Assembly: GCA_046725285.1 (NCBI GenBank)
Contig: JBKOYG010000047.1
Location: 1,024 to 65,023 of the forward strand
Source of the DNA: Verrucomicrobiota bacterium
GTDB lineage: Bacteria > Verrucomicrobiota > Verrucomicrobiia > Chthoniobacterales > UBA10450
Direction: 5' to 3'
Length of the DNA: 64,000 nt
Below, in pieces: positions 58,605 through 64,000 of this stretch. The translations under genes and the position numbers were made by a program. The stretch's first letter is position 1; every line of letters starts with the position of its first letter. The notes under the pieces were generated by a model, which was given only the letters and a program-made list of their open reading frames with translations, was not told the origin of the DNA and ran no database searches.

Positions 58605-58637
58605 GGCCGCGGTTTCTTCGGATACAGGAAACGTTAA
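58605..58637 (+). other. Relic copy (R3) of the 3' end, including the stop, of the gene ending at 47326
   Basis: GGCCGCGGTTTCTTCGGATACAGGAAACGTTAA encodes GRGFFGYRKR*, versus RGFFGYQKR* at 47300-47326. It shares 20 exact nt with R2 (50642-50661). Confidence 0.7.
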
Positions 58638-58876
58638 AACGCAGATCAGCAAGTTCGCCCTGCTGGATTAAGCCTTCCTCGTTTTCGTCGAATGAAGCCA
58701 TAGACCATGCAAGGTTTGGGATCACCAACTCGACCATTAGCAAAGTGACGATCGGGCCAAATTCGGTCGAAATGGTGCGAAACCCCTCATGCCAATGAGA
58801 GTTTAATACGTGAATTACGGGGATTAACTGGGATGCACGGAGGGCCTGTCTAACCTTGATAGAAGGGGAATCGCAA

Positions 58877-60253
58877 ATGCGCGCTCTCGGCGCGACAGCC
58901 TGTACAGCGCACCCCAAGGTCTTAAAAAATATTGCAGAGCAGCTCGAGGAGCACAACGTCCTCTCCACTCAAGAGCTGCAAATTGCGCGGCGCATGGGGA
59001 TCGTCGCGACTACCCCCGTCGGGCGAGCCGGCTTTAATGACGGACTTCTTTTTCCGTACGAGCTCTTGAGCGGTGGACTTGGTTCGGCCTCGACTATTCC
59101 AGAAGCGGCGCTCGCTCCAGTCGAGCCGAAGAGACCGGAAAAACGAAAGGTGCACGCCATTGCACTGCTGGTCGATTTTTCTGACAACCGGGGAATGCAG
59201 CGGACGACGGATTTTCAGAACCTCCTCTTTGGCAAAGGGAACCCGAATTCCATGGCGAATTTTTACCGACAACTTTCCTACGGCGCGTTGGAGCTGACCG
59301 GGGAAGTAATCGGCTACGTGCGCGCGCCTCAGCCTTACAGCTATTACACAGCAGCCGAAAGCGGCACTGGAACCACTTATCCGCAAAACACGCCTGGGCT
59401 GCTCCATGACGCGCTGACGATTTTTTGTCGGAATGATAACCTGGCGCGTTTTGACACGGACAATGACGGGTTTGTAGATGCGATTTTTCTGATCCATGCT
59501 GGCAGAGGTGCGGAGGCGGAACCAAATCCCACGAAGCGAAAAAACATGATCTGGTCGCATAAGTGGACCCTTCCGCAGCCGTTCGTAAATCAGGGAGTCA
59601 AAGTATTTGCCTACTCCACCGAACCGGAAGACGGGCGCGTCGGTGTTTTTTCGCACGAATTCGGTCACCTACTTGGATTGCCCGACCTCTACGACACGAC
59701 GTTTCGATCTCATGGAATCGGTGATTGGTGCCTGATGGCAGGCGGGTCTTGGGGAGGCGAAGGAAATCGTCCCGCGCGAATGTCGTGTTGGTGTCTCTCG
59801 AAACTCGGTTGGATCAAGCCGACGGTGGTTACCAGAAAAGAATCGATTCAACTCAACACGCTGGAAGAAAAAAAGACCGAGTGCTATCGACTTTGGACAA
59901 AAGGAGCAACCGGGCCAGAATATTTCCTTCTCGAGAATCGCCAGGCCAAAGGGCTCGACGCCGCGCTTGCCGGTTCAGGCCTTGCCGTCTGGCATATCGA
60001 CGAGCGGCAATCAAACAATGACAGTCCGCTCGCCTATCTCGTGGCACTCTTACAGGCGGATGGAAACAAGGATCTGGAACTACTCAAGAATTCAGGCGAC
60101 GGCGGGGATCTTTTCCCTGGCGATAAATGTGTCGCGGCGGTTGACGACAATACTACGCCATCAACACGAGCAAATACGGGGGCTCCTTCAGGCGTAGCGC
60201 TTACCAATATCGCAATGAGTGGAGGTATCATGACCTTACAGGCAGAGGTCTAG
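58877..60253 (+). CDS. M6-family (immune inhibitor A-like) zinc metalloprotease domain protein
   Basis: HEFGHLLGLPDLYD zinc motif, preceded by ALLVDFSD, FYRQLSYG and FLIHAGRGAE. No obvious signal peptide. Confidence 0.7.
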   Translation: MRALGATACTAHPKVLKNIAEQLEEHNVLSTQELQIARRMGIVATTPVGRAGFNDGLLFPYELLSGGLGSASTIPEAALAPVEPKRPEKRKVHAIALLVDFSDNRGMQRTTDFQNLLFGKGNPNSMANFYRQLSYGALELTGEVIGYVRAPQPYSYYTAAESGTGTTYPQNTPGLLHDALTIFCRNDNLARFDTDNDGFVDAIFLIHAGRGAEAEPNPTKRKNMIWSHKWTLPQPFVNQGVKVFAYSTEPEDGRVGVFSHEFGHLLGLPDLYDTTFRSHGIGDWCLMAGGSWGGEGNRPARMSCWCLSKLGWIKPTVVTRKESIQLNTLEEKKTECYRLWTKGATGPEYFLLENRQAKGLDAALAGSGLAVWHIDERQSNNDSPLAYLVALLQADGNKDLELLKNSGDGGDLFPGDKCVAAVDDNTTPSTRANTGAPSGVALTNIAMSGGIMTLQAEV

Positions 60254-60260
60254 CTCCCAA

Positions 60261-60551
60261 TCAAGCCTGATCGGACAGGGGATCGAGTTGTTCGAGAACC
60301 GTACGCTCGCCGAACGGACCAGCCAGTAATCGCGCTTGCACACGAACGCGATCGCCTATCGTCACATCTGGCGCTTGGGCCGCAAATAGAATTAGGGACT
60401 GCCCCTCTGCGGGCTGGATAAAGTCGTCACTTCGGCCACGCGAGAGATTACGATACACTTCGATTTCGATCTCGTGTCCTTGACCCTCGCTTGCTGGCAC
60501 GATCGCTCGAACAGTGCCTTCAACCACCGTCTTATTTGGCTTCGCCAGCAT
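60261..60551 (-). CDS. Small hypothetical protein convergent with the M6 protease gene
   Basis: Clean ORF (the track gives 60261-60635; the ATG at 60551 gives 96 aa). No domain recognised. Confidence 0.35.
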   Translation of the reverse strand: MLAKPNKTVVEGTVRAIVPASEGQGHEIEIEVYRNLSRGRSDDFIQPAEGQSLILFAAQAPDVTIGDRVRVQARLLAGPFGERTVLEQLDPLSDQA

Positions 60552-60761
60552 ATTCAAAGCTAATCGCCCGCCCCTATGAACGTGACCGCGATACGCAAGC
60601 GATAAAAATTGCCGCTCACGGGCCGAGAATGACAAAGATCACATAAAGAGCGAGCTTTTATTCGCACGTCAACCCGGTTTGGTGGCAGCGCTCACCAGTA
60701 TCCCTTTCCCCTTACTTTCTACGGAAACAGCCAGGCGAAGTTTCGAAACCTCAATTTTTTT

Positions 60762-60818
60762 CAGAAAACGACCGGCCACTTTGAGCGAGTGCATGTGAAT
60801 GCCGATCGCGTCGAGAAT
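60762..60818 (-). pseudogene. marC: marC internal fragment
   Basis: The minus strand reads ILDAIGIHMHSLKVAGRFL. This matches the MarC region that follows GQ(L/V)(V/I) (E. coli ...[23 protein letters not shown]), i.e. the expected continuation of fragment a. It starts exactly at the end of repeat locus 4. Confidence 0.55.
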
Positions 60819-61110
60819 GGAGCAACTGGGGGGAGCGACATAGAAGGTAAAGTCGCGAGGGTAGCGACGAGCGAGCTGGGCAGCGAGCGAGTTTCAATGG
60901 AGCTGACGGGTTCAGCGACATAGAACACGTCACGATCAAGGGAATGGAGCTTTGGGGAAAGCGACATAGAAGGCAAAGCCGCAATGGGTAGCGGCGAGTG
61001 AAGTGGGAAGCGAACGAGTTTCAATCGCGCGGGTAGACTGCAACGCTGCTAGGGTAGCTGGCGCGAGCACGGGGTCGTGCGAGTGATCAACGTAAAGGAG
61101 CGAGTGCAGA
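60816..61110 (+). repeat. Structured repeat array (locus 4): A, B, A', C block
   Basis: A has GTCGC-gagggta-GCGAC (60852-60868). B has GCTGA-cgggt-TCAGC (60902-60916). A' has GCTTT-gggg-AAAGC (60949-60962) and GCCGC-aatgggta-GCGGC (60978-60995). C block at 61024-61096. Lies 56 nt from the stop of the nuclease-ATPase gene. Confidence 0.8.
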
Positions 61111-61165
61111 CGTGGACTACTTTGTGCTCACGGTGTAGCTGCACATACTTAGCGCATTCGTAGAC

Positions 61166-63609
61166 TTATACCCGCCGGCTTCTGGCGACGTTAGCTGCTG
61201 CACTTTGTTCAACCTTATCACATTCAGACAAACCCCTTGTGATTACGTTTTGGCACATCTGTTTCCCCTCTGCATCTGAGAGGTCATTGACACAAGTTCG
61301 TAAGTAATTCAGGAAGGCTCGAGTCCTAGCCAGTCTCTCGTCCAGAAGGGTCGTCTCAACAATTTTCGGCCGGACCGACGCATCCGTGATTGGCGTGTCG
61401 ATGCACATTGCATCCAAGTATTGAAACTCGGTGACCAAATTGTTGATATGGTAAGATCCGCGGGTAGTGATTCGAAGCGTGGACACCTTCATCTCGTCCT
61501 GAGTTACCGCAGAACTTGTTTCTAACGAGCCGTTTTCGACCAGAGTAGTTAGGTGCCTCTGGATTGTAGCAACGTCAAAGTAAAAAGACTCGAGATAAGA
61601 AGCGACAGCCATGTATGTGACCCAGTTGCCGGTCTCATGCTGATCGTGGAATCGGCTGAGATATTCAAGCATCAAAAGTCGAATGAAATGCTCCTTTGGG
61701 TCGGCATGGTAGATGTCGAAAAGATTAACAAAGATCGAAAACTTAGGGTCATACTGATCGTAGTCACCGTACAAAAGTGTTTTTACGGCTTCGAAGCTCG
61801 GCAGAAAATACGTGCCTGACTCTTTTATTTTGCCGAGTATTTTGCCCGTATCCAGATGGCCGCTTGTTAAAACGCGTTTCGTCAAATCGAGTAGCGTGCG
61901 GACGTTCCCGTTCGATATCGCCGCTAACATGTGGATAGCACTTGTATCTTTGCGAGCTGAAAATTCACAGCATGCGAAAATCTTAGCTACACTCGGAAGT
62001 CGAAAAGAAATATCCTTGTTCTTCATGGCGTCCTGAAGGACAGGCGTGTCGATTTCGCCAAGCGCAAGCTTTTGCGCAAACTTAAACCTTCGCTTAAGGA
62101 CAAGTGGCAGATCGGGAGAACCAATCGTGAACGTCTTCGGTGCAATTGAATCGAGAACGCCGCTGCGGAAAGACAGATAAAATGTTGTCGGCCTTAAACA
62201 AATGAACACCACGCACTCCCAATCGCGTGCAATCGCGGACGCCTTGAGAAAGGCTGCTTCTTGAATCGCGGGGTCGCGGCGATCTAAATTATCGAAAAAA
62301 CAGCAATCGAGCGTCCACGTCCGCGCTTCAGGTGTCGAATAACTGCTTGGTAATAGCTGTGACGATCCTTTAAGTGTTCCTGAATAAATGCCTTCTCCTC
62401 CTGTTTCGTTGCAGTGAGGTCGTCGCCATGAAGCTTGTACCTGGAACTACGATGAAATCGCTCAATTTGCGAATGAAGTGCGCCACGGACGATTGAGTCT
62501 TCGAGAATATCGATGTTGTGACGGTCGAGCAATTGAGCCTCAAGCTGGGCATATATAAAATCATTTACCTCCGCTGCGCTGTCGGGACGATCGAGGAAGT
62601 TTGCTTCGAGCTGTATGTAGCTCGACAGCGTGTCGCTTGCACCGACTAACCGGAGGTAATTCAAAAATGTCGTCTTACCTTGACCAACATCCCCTAGCAA
62701 GATAAAGGGCTTTTCGTTATCGTAGCCGATGATCGTGTTCGTTACCTGCCCTGTGTCGGCGCTCATCACATTTCTGGTCACAAGTTGGTCTGCCGCCGAG
62801 CGACGGCGTAACATATCCTTAGCGAATGCAATCAGGTGCTCGTTCGCTTGTGGAGACACATAGCATTTTTCCAAAAACAGAAGAGTATTCTCGGTCCGCG
62901 ACAGGATATCCCAGACTGTTTGTAGAATGTAAGAGAGTTCATTTATGAATCGGTTGCGCTCAGAAGTGATGGGATACCCGGGAATGCTCAAGCTGAGCTT
63001 TGCTGGTGCCGGCTTCTTTCGGCTCTCCATCAGCAGTGGATAAATCTCATTTGCTGCTACCGCAGTTTTGCTGAAGCACATCCAGTAACGACGGAAGTTG
63101 TCGCGAATCCTTGACAATGAGTCGAAGACGATGACCTCGCGTTCCTCGATGTTTTGTGATTGGACATATGTCAAAGCGATAATCCATTGATGTCCGTTTG
63201 AGATCGCTATGTACCGCGCTCCTAGTGACGCGGCGTAACCAAGCGCTTGCCGAAGTGCGGCACCTGATTCGGGTGTTTCTTTCTCAAGAAGGGCGAACGC
63301 GACTGGTTCTGGATCGAACACTATCTCCTGCACAACGAAGGAGATGTCCGCGCGCTTCGCTTCAACAACTAATGCAATGCTATTTGCAACGGAAAAGACG
63401 TAATCAGCGTATCCCACCGCTCGGCAATAGTGCTCTGCATCGACGTCAGTTTTTTCCCAATCCAACACGTCGAACAGCAAGACGTCCAATACTTTCAGTC
63501 GCGTGTCTGCTTCGTTAGCGCGATTCGACACTGCTGTTAGTTCGTCAAAACGATTCTGTAACTCTGCGAACGCAGCTTCGGGCGTCCAAGGAATAGTCCG
63601 AACAAGCAT
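61166..63609 (-). pseudogene. PD-(D/E)xK (HsdR-N/Mrr-like) nuclease domain + ORC/Cdc6-like AAA+ ATPase + winged-helix protein, interrupted by a frameshift in an A6/T6 run
   Basis: Nuclease motifs NEADTRLKVLDVLL...YADYVF...ALVVEAKR...YIAISNGHQW. Walker A LLGDVGQGKTTF. With one extra T at 62295-62300 the reading continues SIAVFFDNLDRRDPAIQEAAFLKASAIARDWECVVFICLRPTTF, which gives a Walker B and joins track ORFs 62284-63714 and 61166-62212. Sensor-2-like NGNVRTLLDL. Confidence 0.7.
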
Positions 63610-63783
63610 GGCTGCAATCGTACAGCCCAAGGGGCTCAACGAAAGTTTTTTCCTTCTCGTAAGTGTAACAGCATTTTCAGCTAAGAACCGCTGGAATCTG
63701 CACCGCTGTCGCAACCTCAGTGAAATTGCGTGTCGCAGCCGCCTTCATTCGGAACTGCCGGTGTTCGGGTGCAATCGACATAA

Positions 63784-64000
63784 TCATGGAACAAATCGAT
63801 CAAACACTTCCTGCTTGTGCCACGCGAGAGCATCTGGATGGGGCCAATAGTGTTCGTCCGCAGGCAGTACGATCTTTCTCCGGTCGATTTCTAGTGCCGG
63901 GAATTTTGATACGCTAGCGTTTGCAATCTTTGGATTCACTATGACTTCGTACTGGTCCGAAATAGTGAATATCCCGCGGTCAAATGCCCAATGAGCTGAC
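63784..64000 (-). CDS. HNH endonuclease (HNH_2-like) C-terminal part. The 5' end lies beyond the window.
   Basis: My reverse translation from the window edge gives SAHWAFDRGIFTISDQYEVIVNPKIANASVSKFPALEIDRRKIVLPADEHYWPHPDALAWHKQEVFDRFVP* (stop at 63784-63786). The HxAFDRG...I pattern is typical of HNH_2. Confidence 0.6.
   Translation of the reverse strand, partial: SAHWAFDRGIFTISDQYEVIVNPKIANASVSKFPALEIDRRKIVLPADEHYWPHPDALAWHKQEVFDRFVP

Noticed and set aside
47282-58637. Diversity-generating retroelement (template/variable repeat) as the explanation for the duplicated gene 3' ends.
   Set aside because: The copies are only 33-41 nt, the differences are not confined to adenine positions, and no reverse transcriptase gene is present.
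58558-58968. 136-aa minus-strand ORF upstream of the M6 protease gene. Its internal stretch FDENEEGLIQQGELADL looks vaguely EF-hand-like.
   Set aside because: It overlaps the protease start region and runs through relic R3 and the duplicated lipoprotein 3' end. A single weak motif is not enough support.
56899-61110. CRISPR array interpretation of the repeat loci. On the minus strand the units end in ATTGAAAC, like many CRISPR repeats, and about 36-nt 'repeats' alternate with about 43-nt 'spacers'.
   Set aside because: The would-be spacers are themselves conserved between units. Spacing and unit order are irregular, units are split over four loci by genes, and no cas genes are in the window.
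56899-61110. Integron attC sites delimiting cassettes (TA cassettes between repeats would fit).
   Set aside because: The unit ends do not match the R''/R' cores (RYYYAAC / GTTRRRY) on either strand. The ends are not an imperfect palindrome of each other, the cargo orientation is mixed, and no intI is visible. The idea is kept only as a loose analogy.

Overview
Bacterial chromosomal window, hand-annotated from the sequence and the ORF track. I saw no rRNA, tRNA or canonical CRISPR array. The taxon cannot be fixed from the window.

Positions 1-47.3 kb look like core genome. They hold alternative complex III actB/actA at the left edge, a frameshifted amidohydrolase, a base-excision glycosylase, and envelope genes (epimerase, sulfotransferase, PAP2, ArnT-like GT, GT2, LolA-like). 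They also hold ptsN, argS, treY, an EF-P-like gene, kdsD, a class A PBP and korAB. A selenocysteine formate dehydrogenase operon (alpha with in-frame UGA plus SECIS hairpin, beta, NrfD-like) sits next to fdhD-MOSC-mobA maturation genes.

Positions 47.3-64 kb look accessory and heavily rearranged:
- four toxin-antitoxin-type modules (vapBC, an uncharacterised pair, two hicAB, one with a broken hicA);
- relic copies of the 3' end of the gene ending at 47326;
- a marC gene shattered into at least four pieces;
- a family of ~83-nt structured repeats with compensatory stem changes at the breakpoints;
- at the right edge, a more AT-rich block encoding an HNH nuclease (partial) and a frameshifted PD-(D/E)xK + ORC/Cdc6-like AAA+ + winged-helix protein, a defence-type candidate.

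The whole window is peppered with TGTAGCSG...CSGCTACA REP-like palindromes and 'stuttered' inverted repeats. Repeat coordinates were located by eye and may be off by a few nt. All homology statements are motif recognition, not database searches.
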